Positions 46,652 to 57,491 are shown, counted from the whole stretch's first letter. The stretch: 58,308 nucleotides of DNA, filler included, from Basidiobolus meristosporus CBS 931.73 (GCA_002104905.1; 2 parts of 2 records of this genome joined end to end with filler, not necessarily neighbours in it); one strand, 5' to 3'. The notes: a model not told the origin generated them from the letters alone. A program made the numbers and translations.

Positions 46652-48284
46652 TGTTGTAAGAATTTGTTTTTCCACCTAAATATTCACCTAACTTAGTCAC
46701 TTAGATCATACTTTTGTATCCTAGAGAATACTGACCAAATTCCTTGTCAGGATTTACTTAGAATATTTTCACCAAAATATCAGGTACCCAGAACATGAAA
46801 ATTCTCAAAGTTATTCAAACAGCCGCAAACCTTGCACACATGCTCTTGGGACCTTCCTTAACCTATTATATGTGTTTGTAATGCCAAGACTATGTAAGTG
46901 TATAAATACTACATTTTCATTCAATATATCATTAAGTGAAAACCACATAATCTACTTGTTCTCCCAATCACTACTAATATCTCCAAGACTCTTACAACAG
47001 GTTATGAGCCCCAAGCTGTCACTCTCTGCAATGTCTAATACTGCTATCACTGGAGCTTTTCCCTCTGCTGAAAAGTTGGATGGATCTAACTATCAAGTGT
47101 GGAGGGTGAAGATGAAGATGATGCTACAAGAAAGAGGCCATTGGGATATTGTCATGGGAGAAGAATGCCCTCCTAAAAACGTGGGAGAGGAAGCCTTAGA
47201 GTACCAGAAGAAAGAACAAAGTGCCTTTAACTGCATTTGCCTTAATGTTAAGGACAAATTGCTAATTCAATGCCCAAGAGCAAAAATGGCAAAGAATGCC
47301 TGGAAGGCATTAGAAGACACCTACCAGTCATGTTCAGCAGTTAATAAAATATATCTGAGACAAAAATTCTTTACTACAAAGATGCCGCCAGAAGAAGAAA
47401 TGAAAAATCTAATTAACAGAATTACCCTGCTGGTAGATGAAATGGAATCTGTGGGTGTACCAACTACTGATGATGGTGTAATAGTTACCATCCTGAATAG
47501 CCTTACAGACAAGTTTCAGGGCCTTGTATCAGCCCTAGAGTCCAGAACTGAAGAATTGACCTTAAATTACATATATGGAAGGCTCCTGGATGAAGAATTA
47601 AGAAAATCAAGCGCCAATAAGAAGAAAGAAGAAAATGCTTTAATAAGCAATGATAACCAACAAAGAAGGTACCCAAGACCTTACAAAGGCAACAGCAACC
47701 TGTTTTGTAACTACTGCAAAAGGAAAGGACGCACATCAGACCAGTGCTTCAAAAAGAAAGATGGTCAGCAGAAAAAGCCTGAATATGGAAATGCTGCAAC
47801 AACTGAAGATAGACTATTCATATCTGCACTAAATATGACCACAAACAAGGATTCTCAGACATGGTATATTGACTCTGGACCATCTCAACACTTTACGTAC
47901 CAAAAAGAGCTTTTTACCCAATATCAAGAAATTCCAATAAGATGGTTTTCATGGGTGACAATAGAACACTTGATGCAGTGGGAGAAGGAACTATCCAAGT
48001 CAACCTAAGAAGCAGTGAAGGAAGCCATACACTGACTTTCAAAGAAGTACTTTATGTACCAGAAATAGCCAAGAACCTACTATCTGTAAGCAAGGCTACT
48101 GCAGAAGGAATCAGTTTCAGCTTTGACAATTCTGGATGCAAGATCACTGATCAAAATGGTGCCCATATTGCTTTGGATATCAGAGATCAGAATCTATACA
48201 AGTTGACTTATATTCCATCATATCTGGAAGCCAATATAAGTAACTTAAATGAAGAAACACCAATGCTTTGGCACAGGAGATTTG
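46652..48284 (+). mobile_element. Truncated Ty1/copia copy: 5' LTR, PBS, gag, protease, GAG-pre-integrase
   Basis: LTR 46652-46999 (TGTTGTAAGA...TCTTACAACA); PBS GGTTATGAGCCC at 47000; EKLDGSNYQVW, CNYCKRKGRTSDQC, WYIDSGPSQHF, VLYVPEIAKNLLSVS, LWHRRF then cut. Confidence 0.92.
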
Positions 48285-48633
48285 CGTTGTAAAAATTTGT
48301 AATTCCACCTAAATATTCACCTAACTTAGTCACTTAGATCATTACCCTTAAATCCTAGAGAATACTGACCAAATTCCTTGTTGGGATTTACTTAGAATAT
48401 TTTCATCAAAACACCAGGTACCCAGAACATGAAAATTCTCAAAGTTGTCCAAACAGCCCCAAACTTTGCACACATGTTCTTGGGACCTTCCTTAACCTAT
48501 TCTATGTGTCTGTAATGCCAAGACCAGGTAAAAGTATAAATACTACTTTTACATTCAATAAATCATTAAGTGAAAACCACATAATCTACTTGTTCTCCAA
48601 ATCACTTCCAATATCTCCAAGACTCTTACAACA
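48285..48633 (+). repeat. Copia LTR truncating the plus-strand copy
   Basis: CGTTGTAA...CTTACAACA, 349 bp; no matching TSD (ATTTG / GTTTA). Confidence 0.88.
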
Positions 48634-48689
48634 GTTTAACCTTACTATACCATTAGCTTAGTAGCTGTGATCATCTATTGTGTACTATA

Positions 48690-48963
48690 GAATATCTTAG
48701 CTGAATTCCTTTTTGGGGGTGTATTGGATTAACTTTTCAAAACATCAGGTGCCCAGGACATGAGAGACCTTATAGCTGTCCTAAGGCCCCCTGACTGTGC
48801 ACACATGCACTAAGGACCTTTCCAAATATATTCCTTGTGCTTGTTTTGTCAAGGCAACATAAAAGTACAAATATCACTTTGACACTCAACAGATCACTAA
48901 TTGGAGACCTCCTGATCTACTGATTCCCCCAATAACATGCAATATCTCCAAAACTCTTACAAC
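48690..48963 (+). repeat. Older diverged copia LTR
   Basis: catcaggtgcccaggacatgaga..gcacacatgc..atatctccaaaactcttacaac; start approximate. Confidence 0.6.
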
Positions 48964-49718
48964 GGATTATATATTACCCATTTTGTGACATTGAATGCAG
49001 AATTGTGCTCACATCTATAAAAGGTCCAGGAAATAGGCATAGGAAGCAAGTTTCCAAAGGTCTTGCAGCCACTTGGGAGGTAGGTCGCATTAACAAGCCT
49101 GGGGCCCTTGAGAGTCAAGAATGACCATTGGCCATTGAATCAGTGAGGGGTCCAATTGATGCAAAGAGTTCTCCCGATTTCAAGCACCGTCAGTTGTTAA
49201 ACAGCATTCTGAATCATCAACAATCCCCCCCCCCAATTCTGCACGAAGTTTTTACGAATCACCAGTGTAAATATATTCCCCCCATACACATACGACCGCA
49301 GGGTTGGTTTTGTCGAGGACAGTTGGATACGTGGAGGCACAAGGCAGCATACCAAGCCACACCTTTGGATGCGAGAAAAACTGGCGATCGGGATGGATTG
49401 GTAGGCCATCTGTATCTGTACCACCTAAGAAAGGTGAATCGGGGAAATCAATACCCTGCACCCGCGAGAATCACCATCGGCCTCCACGCTGATGAGCGGG
49501 GTCAGGTACGGTTGGCCATGGAGCTGGCGCCGAATGGGAGAATGCGATGGTTTTAAGGCGCATTCGTACCGTCGACCACTGAATGCCATGATCCATGAGC
49601 GGGTATGGGTGACGTTATCATGCTTTCATTTGCTGGTCATGGTTGGATGACGTGCATCTCCACGCAATATATAAGCCGCAACGAGGTGGCGAGGAGTGAG
49701 AAGTATACTCACCTCATC

Positions 49719-50802
49719 ATGCGTGGAACCACCTTGTTCGCAGCCAAACGTCTTGTCGCCACCAGATTCACCCCAGGTCTTGTCCGGCCTATGTCCACGT
49801 ACCCTCCGGTGGCGGCAAACGCTCGTCTCCATCCCATGCTCAAATTCACTAGCTACGCAGTGCCGCTGACCGCTATGGGAGGTAAGTTCCACACGTGTCG
49901 ATCCTCGGCTATCCAAACTAACCTAACGAACCTCTCCCCCCCCCACACACACATATATATTTATATCAGTCGCCTACTACCAATACTCCACACTGGTGGA
50001 GAACGCAGGAAGCGAGACGGATGGGGTGAAGAAGGCCCTGGACCCCAAGCAATTCATCGATTTCAAATTGAAGGAAGTTGTGGAGATCAATTACAACACG
50101 AAGCGGTTCCGGTTCGAGCTACCCAAAGACACGGTTCTGGGGATGTCCGTGGCCTCCTGCATTATGACCCAGGCGCCCAAATCGAAGGGCTCCGAGGAGA
50201 TGGTCGTACGTCCATACACCCCGACCTCCGACGAGGACGCCCCCGGTTACTTCGACCTGGTGATCAAACGGTACAACGGGGGCCCAATGTCGGAGCACAT
50301 CCACAGCCTCAAGCCGGGGGATACCCTCGCGGTGAAGGGGCCATTCGCCAAGTATCCCTACAAGGCCAACACACTCAAGCATGTGGGCATGATTGCCGGC
50401 GGTACCGGCATCACCCCCATGCTACAAGTCTTGAGAAAGATCTTCAAGAACCCCGAGGACCACACCAAGGTGACCCTGATCTTCGCCAACGTCACCGAAG
50501 AGGATATCTTACTGCGCAAGGAACTTGACGAACTCGGCCAGAAGCACAAGGGACAGCTGGACATTCACTACACCCTGGACAAGCCACCCAAGAACTGGAC
50601 CCAGGAGACGGGTCGTGTCGACAAGGAGAAGATCCAGAAGTACATGCCGAAACCGGCCAAGGACACCATGGTGTTCATCTGCGGCCCGGACCAGATGCTC
50701 GCGGGTATCTCCGGCACCAAGAACCCTGACAAGTCCCAGGGCAAGGTGGGCGGGATCCTGAAGGAACTGGGCTATTCCGAAGACAATGTTTATAAATTCT
50801 GA
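49719..50802 (+). CDS. MCR1: Mitochondrial NADH-cytochrome b5 reductase; exons 49719-49881, 49970-50802 (331 aa)
   Basis: Arg-rich presequence plus hydrophobic stretch; GTAAGT...CTAAC...CAG intron keeps frame; RPYTP, GPMS, KGP, GMIAGGTGITPM, CGP, VYKF motifs; TATATAA at 49668-49674. Confidence 0.93.
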
Positions 50803-51170
50803 TGAGTTCGCCCCGCCGGTTTTCCGATGAGAAATAAATCGAGTACATATTTATTATCACCCTATAGGGATACGCTGCCTCAATTCACCACATACTAGCA
50901 TAGTACGTTGGGCAAAGGACAATCGACCCGATACGTGAGGTTGGTTTGGGATGGTGAATGAGGGATCAGGGATCAGGGATGGAAGATTCCAGAACTACTT
51001 GGTACTAAAAGGCAAACCAACCGAGTTTTCTGAACACTCTTTCCATGAACTTTTCCATGGCCCAAGAGCATGGGTCAAGCGAACTTGGGAAACGCTGCAC
51101 CAACAAATCTGCTAGTGGCACCGGCTAGCTTGTGGCCCACAGCCAGATATGTTCGTATCATCTCTGGAAG

Positions 51171-52184
51171 TCATTGACGATAGCGCATTTCACGTAATCT
51201 TCGAAGGCGTTGTTGATCCGCATAAGTGAATACTGGCTGACGCTGGTTCGTTTCTTCAGATGGGAGTTGCGGCTTGGGTTTTCTAGGCTGGTTATGTTCC
51301 TGGGTTGGCAGTCGGGGGTCAGGGGTAGGAAGGATAGGAATCTTTTGATGGACATGCTTCCTGTGGGCTTGTGCCAACTGCTTGACATCGTGATGGTCGA
51401 TGGGAGACTTCTTTGTGTGCGCGGGCAACGGCAGGTTTCTGCTTGTCGCCTTCTTCGAGGAGGTTTCCTGTTGTTGTTGACCATGGTGAAATTTAGGCTG
51501 GGCCAGGGGAAGGGTTCCAACCATGGTGAACGGTTCCCTCAAAACCTCGTCCACCTTTTTAAGTAACGCATCCACTTCCCTCTCCTCAGGCGCGTTCAGC
51601 TCCAGCTCATTGTCCCCCAAGGCGGCGTTGACTTTAGCGAGTAGCACCTGGGTATCATTGTACTCGGATAGGTACCCCTGGCCCCGGTCAGCTTGGGGAA
51701 ATGGGCGACCGGATTCTTCGAGCTCCAGCTCCAAGAGAGGATGGAGCCTTTTCTCTGGTTCAGAATACACCTCCTTGCTACGCTGGTCCCCTCTGGCGGC
51801 CACCTTCCTGCCCGCTGGCTTGGGTTTTGTTTTGATCTTGGGTGTAGCATTAGCCTATGAAAAAACCACCCTGTTCGTCAGTCTAGAAACTTCCGCCAGC
51901 TGTGGGCTACTTCATACCTGGAGCTGAGCCTGGAGCCAATCCAACTGGCCCTCTAGTCCCTGAAGGGAAGCTTTGCGTTCCTTCGAATGAGCCATGAAAA
52001 CGGTCAACTGCAGAGATAGTGAGGGAAGTCACACCACAAGGAGTGTTTACAACGAGCAGCTCCACCGAGCCAATCAAACGATCACCAAAAACCCGCTCAT
52101 AAAAACCATGTTGGATAAATTTTAATGATTGATGGAGATCACGTGACTCACCGACTCCGTAACTTCCCAGGGGGTATCCGCCAT
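51171..52184 (-). CDS. Hypothetical protein; exons 52184-52152, 52007-51918, 51854-51171 (268 aa)
   Basis: Two phase-0 introns (GTGAGT..CAG, GTATGA..TAG) join MADTPWEVTES / LTVFMAHSKERKASLQGLEGQLDWLQAQLQ / ANATPKIK.. in frame with ORF 51171-51803. Confidence 0.75.
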
Positions 52185-52366
52185 GCTTGACCTGAAGCTT
52201 GAGGGAGCCCGGTGGAAAGGGGATGGATTGGTGTTGGGGGGCGTGGTGTAAGCAGAAGGGCACTGCAATATTTACACGAGGGCATATTCTATTTGGTCTA
52301 TTGTAGTTAGAGAGTTAAAAATACGGGTGGTTTTAGGGGGAATCTTTAGATAACGATTAGAGTGGC

Positions 52367-52588
52367 TTAGTAGACATGGGCTGGGGAGGTTGCACCGACT
52401 GGCCAGAGGGCCTCCACGATCGCGTTCCGGCGTCTAAAAGCGAATTCAGGGATGGTCTTATCTAAAGACATAGTTAACCTTTGCTCGTTGTAGGTATGAA
52501 CCGGCATACAAGAGCCCATGGGACGACTGATGGGGCCGCTGAACAGCACATCCAAGGAGGAAGTCGGGGCGGAGTTATACGAGTTCAT
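52367..52588 (-). CDS. 73-aa small protein with PKI-like pseudosubstrate motif (FRRRNAIVE)
   Basis: ATG-started intact ORF alone in the intergenic space; GATAAAAG and a C/A-rich leader upstream; RRNAI matches the PKI inhibitory core. Confidence 0.45.
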   Translation of the reverse strand: MNSYNSAPTSSLDVLFSGPISRPMGSCMPVHTYNEQRLTMSLDKTIPEFAFRRRNAIVEALWPVGATSPAHVY

Positions 52589-53294
52589 CTGAGCTTTGGG
52601 GATTTTTAGGGAATTGGTGGTTTGTCGAACAATGCTACCGGGGGACCACTTTTATCGCTAGCCAGAAGCCAATTTAGGCGGGACTCATGCACCGGCTAAA
52701 ATTCCCACCTCATTTAAGGATCGCCGTACAAATTCCCATTTCATTTAAGGATCTTCACCGAGTGAATGTCGTGGAGATAGGAGACACCGTGAATTGGAGG
52801 GGTCCGCGAAGACCTGTTCACGAGGTACTATGATACCACTTTTGCTTTGTCACATCCAGAGTGTCATGGATAAACAGATCAGTCAGGCAGAACGCCGTCG
52901 TGATCCGGGATCCGCGTCGAGAATATGCGGTCAGCCAATCAACACTCTCATTGTGTTCGAGGATTTCCGCCTCCCTGCGACGTCCCTTTATTGCCGAGGC
53001 TGGGATGAGGAATTATGGGATCGAGGTGCAGGAATATTCGTGACCTGATTCGATCGGTCATCATTTGCTTTGGTGCGATTTTTCACTTGTTCCGGTGGGT
53101 GTGGATCATACGGTTTATTTATGTACAAAATTATCTGATGCAGGAGAGCGCGTGGATGTGAGTGTATGTGTGCATGCGTGTGTGGGAGTGGGAGTGGATG
53201 CGGACTTGAGTTGGCTATGGATGTGAGTGAGTGCAAGTGAGTGTGCGGGTGCGGGTGTGGGTGCGGGTACGTGGGTGCAAGTGGTGGTTCCAAT

Positions 53295-55271
53295 CTAGAT
53301 GCTAGAGGGCCTTCGAGGTTTGACTGATTTTGAGGGGAGCTTCTGACGCTGCGACATGACCTCTTTCACTCGGCCGATCTGCTGTTTTAAGGAGGCGCGC
53401 TTGGGAAGGTGGCGTATGCTCTTCATGTAGTTCAGCACTCGTGCGGCCATGAGCGTCTCCTGGTGGCGCAAGAATCCCTCCATCAAGATATAGAATGTGT
53501 CGTCGTTGGGACGGAACTGGGGATCCGAGACCATGTTCTTGAACAGTTGCTTTGCATCGGGAAGGTGCTTGCTGTTGAGATAGCTCTTGGCTACGACGTT
53601 GTAGAGGTAGGTGTCCGGAGACACTTTGAGATTCAGCATCTGGTGATACACCCATTTGACCCCAAACACATCCTTCGCCTGGGCATACCCCTGGGCCACA
53701 ATGCTGAAGAGGATATGATTCGGACGTACACCGGACTCGATCAACCCTTCGAGGATGTTACGTGCTGCCTCTACATCTTTGTGGTTCACAAACGCCTTCA
53801 TAACCACTCCGTGGATGGCTAGGTCCATCTTGGTGGGGGATTCTTCTAGCTTTGAGTAGAGCTTCATTACTCCGGGGAGATCTTGCCTCTTCATCAACGA
53901 GGTCATGAGAAACAGATGGGTGGCCAGACTGGGCACCAATCCCTCTCGAGACATGGAGTCCAGGAGATCGAGGGCATCTTGAATGGATGACACCGTGGTT
54001 GTATTCTTGGTGATGACATTGAAGGTATCGGTTCTATGCTGTATGTCGGGGATGGTGGAAAGAAGCTCGGAAATGACGAGCTTGTGCTTTTGGTCTTTGC
54101 AGTTGAAAAACGCATTGATCAGGCAATTGAATAGAACAGTGTCGAGTGCGATATTAGAGTCAACAGCTTGTTTCCAGGTGGAGACCGCCTTCTCTAAACG
54201 GGCGTTCTTGATGTAGCCGTGAATCAGGATGGTGTATGTTACAATGTCTGGGGTCTTCCCGTCCAATGTCATCTGTTCCAATGCTCGCTCGGCGGCGGAC
54301 ACGTTCTTGCTCTTCATGAACCCGTCGATGACGATGTTGTACGTGACTAGGTTGGGCTTGAGCTGAGCAGCCAGCATGTCTAGCCAGACCTCTTGGACCA
54401 GTGCGCGTCGACGATTTTTGAACAGGCCATCGATGATGGTAGAGAACAGCTGAATGTCGGGTGTGACTTCGTGGCGCTTCATCTGACGATACATCTCCAT
54501 CGCCTCGTCTATCTGGTTTAGGTTTGCCAAACCTTTGATATACACGTTGTAGGTGGAGAGGTTTGGTTGCAGTTTGTTGGCGTATATCTCGGCAAAGGCC
54601 TTCTCGGCTTCGGCGATTTGACCATGCAGTAGGTAACCCTCAATCAAGATGGTGAAGGTGGCGATATCAGGGACAACCCCAGCCTGCCGGAAATCCGCTA
54701 GAATTCCCTTCAGCAAGGAAAAGTCCTGGAGCTTCACTGCAGCATTGAGCGCCACATTATACGCTAGCTTGTCTGTTGGTAAATCAGACGAGGAAAACGT
54801 ACGAAAGATGTCGACTGTTAGATGATAACACGAGATGTTGGAGGTAAGTAGCATAAGATCTATGCGGTCAGTGTGGGGGAGTTGTAACTTTGCATCCAAG
54901 AGATCCTGCACAACACGAGCAATATGGTTGGTGAATTGGAATCTAGGGGTTTGTCTTCGAAGCTTGTTGAGCAGGCTTAGATACTCCTTGAGCGATATAT
55001 TCTTCCGGGAATCAAAATCAAGCGAAAGGTAGGCCTCGAGAACGCTGGCGATATTTCCATTTGGCAGCATCTTGGGGCCATGTCTCTCGTTAGTACATAT
55101 GCTCGTACCAATAGACTTGGGAGCTACGGTGGTGACAGAAGTTCGCACCCATTGTAAATGTGACAACCGAGTGTTTTGTAAAGCCAAGGCCAAATGGGAA
55201 GGGCGACTCCTTGAGGCTTGGGTGATATGAATATGGCACCAGTTCGCACTAAAGCGCCGTATATAAAACAT
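53295..55271 (-). CDS. Pentatricopeptide-repeat protein, probably mitochondrial (658 aa from ATG 55271)
   Basis: Tandem 35-aa repeats (PDIATFTILIEGY, PNLSTYNVYIKGL, PDIQLFSTIIDGL, PNLVTYNIVIDGF, PDIVTYTILIHGY, PDTYLYNVVAKSY); Arg/Ser-rich N-terminus. Confidence 0.93.
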   Translation of the reverse strand: MFYIRRFSANWCHIHITQASRSRPSHLALALQNTRLSHLQWVRTSVTTVAPKSIGTSICTNERHGPKMLPNGNIASVLEAYLSLDFDSRKNISLKEYLSLLNKLRRQTPRFQFTNHIARVVQDLLDAKLQLPHTDRIDLMLLTSNISCYHLTVDIFRTFSSSDLPTDKLAYNVALNAAVKLQDFSLLKGILADFRQAGVVPDIATFTILIEGYLLHGQIAEAEKAFAEIYANKLQPNLSTYNVYIKGLANLNQIDEAMEMYRQMKRHEVTPDIQLFSTIIDGLFKNRRRALVQEVWLDMLAAQLKPNLVTYNIVIDGFMKSKNVSAAERALEQMTLDGKTPDIVTYTILIHGYIKNARLEKAVSTWKQAVDSNIALDTVLFNCLINAFFNCKDQKHKLVISELLSTIPDIQHRTDTFNVITKNTTTVSSIQDALDLLDSMSREGLVPSLATHLFLMTSLMKRQDLPGVMKLYSKLEESPTKMDLAIHGVVMKAFVNHKDVEAARNILEGLIESGVRPNHILFSIVAQGYAQAKDVFGVKWVYHQMLNLKVSPDTYLYNVVAKSYLNSKHLPDAKQLFKNMVSDPQFRPNDDTFYILMEGFLRHQETLMAARVLNYMKSIRHLPKRASLKQQIGRVKEVMSQRQKLPSKSVKPRRPSSI

Positions 55272-55504
55272 GACATCGTCCACTGGGTATTTTCCAAATA
55301 CTCAGTAGTCGTATATTCCTGTGAATGTCAATACACCGGCTCGCCTCAAAAAAACCACGGCCTTGGTCCAGCGGCCTAATTTTATTAAAATCTTTTCGAG
55401 CTGCATGCTCGGAACTATCCGACAAATGTGAATTTTTTGAAGGAAAATAATATGGGGAGTTGATTACCCCACATATTTACCATTCATTTTACTAAACAAG
55501 TGGT

Positions 55505-55908
55505 TTAGCGGAGCACGCTTAACTTGCGGAATAGCTCCTCTGAATGTCTACGTCCGAATGCCGGGCTGACGGTCAGTAGTAAGCTATCCATGGTTTCGAA
55601 GGTAGTCCCCACAGTTGCTTTCATTTCCACATCTGAGCCTTCTGGGCTGTCCTCGAGCGACCTCACTGCAGCGATCTGAAGAGCTTTATTAGTAAAGAAC
55701 AGGTGGTTGGGAGGGGGCGAGTTGGCCTCTCTACCGTAAACCCACGATCAGACAGCTCTATGAGCAACTCCACTTTTTCTAGCAATTCAAACTTCATCAC
55801 AGCGCTCTCCCCTGTCTTTGAAACCACTGTGCCTTCTGCCGCTAGGCCGTAGGTGTAATTTTTGGTTGCATCAAGCAGCTCCTCCTCGAGGAACGTTTGG
55901 GGGCTCAT
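55505..55908 (-). CDS. GSKIP: GSKIP-domain (DUF727) protein; exons 55908-55735, 55675-55505 (114 aa)
   Basis: 59-nt GTAGAG..TACTAAT..CAG intron joins ..ELLEKVELLIELSDRGFT to IAAV..TFETMDSLLLTVSPAFGRRHSEELFRKL, the GSKIP pattern. Confidence 0.8.
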
Positions 55909-56099
55909 TTCGGCCTAGGTTGCGTTGGCTTGATATAATATTAGTGAATAAATGGCAGAATTCGTTGAATCACCAGTAAATATCCATATTCGTGAGATGC
56001 GGAATGTGGCACCCGATATAGGAGAGGAAATTTTTGTGTGGTAGAGAGTGAAGGTGTTGCTTAGGTTTCGGTCTGTTTCGAGTAATATATCCAGTAACT

Positions 56100-57491
56100 A
56101 TGAATACTCTGACTATCACTGGTCGCGCCAGCCTTTTCAGGAGCCCGTACGTATACTGCCTTTCTGTCTCCTGAGCGAATGACTAATTCAAGGGTTTGGA
56201 TTTCTCAGATTTATAAGAGCCTACTCACAAACCGCTCGACAGGTATGTCAGGTAGCTATTACTTGTGCTGGGAACACTAATGTCTTATTTACGTCCCAAT
56301 TTTTGAACAGAACTCGGGCTGGAGCAGTGTTTCCGTGTCCACGTCTCGTCTGAATCTTCCAAGAGCCAATTCCACGCTTGTCCAGCGTACCGCTCTTCCT
56401 GCTCTTTTCAGCATCCCGACCCTGCGTACACATGGGTTTTCTTCCGGATTTACCAGGTTCAATTCGACCTCTACCAACGTTCCCGTGCTTGATAATACCG
56501 CGAGCTTCACAAATGCCTCCGACAGCAGCCCAATTATGACAACCATCAGCGAAAACATTGACACCAGTTCTATTGTTGACGCCGCAATGAAGGTTGGAGA
56601 CCTTAAAGCCCTAGGCTTGGTTAATTATACACCAGTTGGCTTTCTTCAAGGCGCCATGGAATTTATCCATGTTAGCACCGGGATTCCCTGGTGGGGGACT
56701 ATTGCAGCAACCACGATCCTTATTCGGATCGCCTTGTTCCCCTTTGTGGTCAAACTTCAGAAGAACGCAGCCACCCTTCATAACATCAAGCCCGAAATGG
56801 ACCGCCTCACCGCTCAGTTGAACAAAGCCAAGGCGGAAGGGGACTCAGCAGCGATCACTCAGTATGCCCACGAGTTTAAAAACTTGTTCGAAACGCACAA
56901 GGCAAATCCCATCAAGATGTTGGCTCTCCCGCTCATGCAGGCTCCAGTGATGCTCTCATTTTTCTTTGCCTTGAGAGATATGGCTCAGTTGCCTGTTCCG
57001 CAGTTCCAAACCGGTGGCATAGCCTGGTTCACTGATTTAACCGCTGCTGACCCGTATTACATCTTGCCTGTGCTCTCTGGGCTTGGGTTTTTGACCATTC
57101 TGGAAGTAAGTAAGGCTCAAGCAATCTACATCTTGTTTACAAGGATTAAGACTTTTGCAGCTCGGCAGTGAAGCAGGCACCAATGTAGGCCAGCCCAACA
57201 ATGCCAAATGGATCTTTAGGTTTATGTCAGTTGCCATGGTGCCGTTGACTGCTAGTTTCTCCTCTGTAAGTGATTGATTCTTGGCATGGCGAGAGCTCTC
57301 ACTAACTGCCCTCATCACCACAGTCCATCTTTGTCTACTGGGTCACTTCGAATTTCTTCTCAATTGGTCAGGTGCTCGCCTTGAAGAATCCAGCACTTCG
57401 GAAGAAATTAGGCATCCCGCTTCTGATGAAACATCAAGTCAAGGCTGTCAAGTCCGGCAGCCCCAAAAAGTCAAAGCCCAATAGAAGGTAA
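56100..57491 (+). CDS. OXA1: YidC/Oxa1 mitochondrial insertase; exons 56100-56146, 56209-56242, 56311-57105, 57161-57265, 57324-57491 (382 aa)
   Basis: Four GT-AG introns keep frame; presequence MNTLTITGRASLFRSPFIRAYSQ; TGIPWWGTIAATTILIR, GGIAWFTDLTAADPYYILP, IFVYWVTSNFFS. Confidence 0.93.

Noticed and set aside
49610-49653. Two TGACGT (ATF/CREB-like) sites upstream of MCR1
   Set aside because: Six-base motifs occur often by chance; unsupported without conservation data.
49605-50528. 307-aa ORF overlapping MCR1
   Set aside because: It is exon 1 read through the intron into an alternative frame of a GC-rich CDS.
53302-54216. Several overlapping ORFs within the PPR gene
   Set aside because: Shadow frames of a long CDS with no recognisable motifs.
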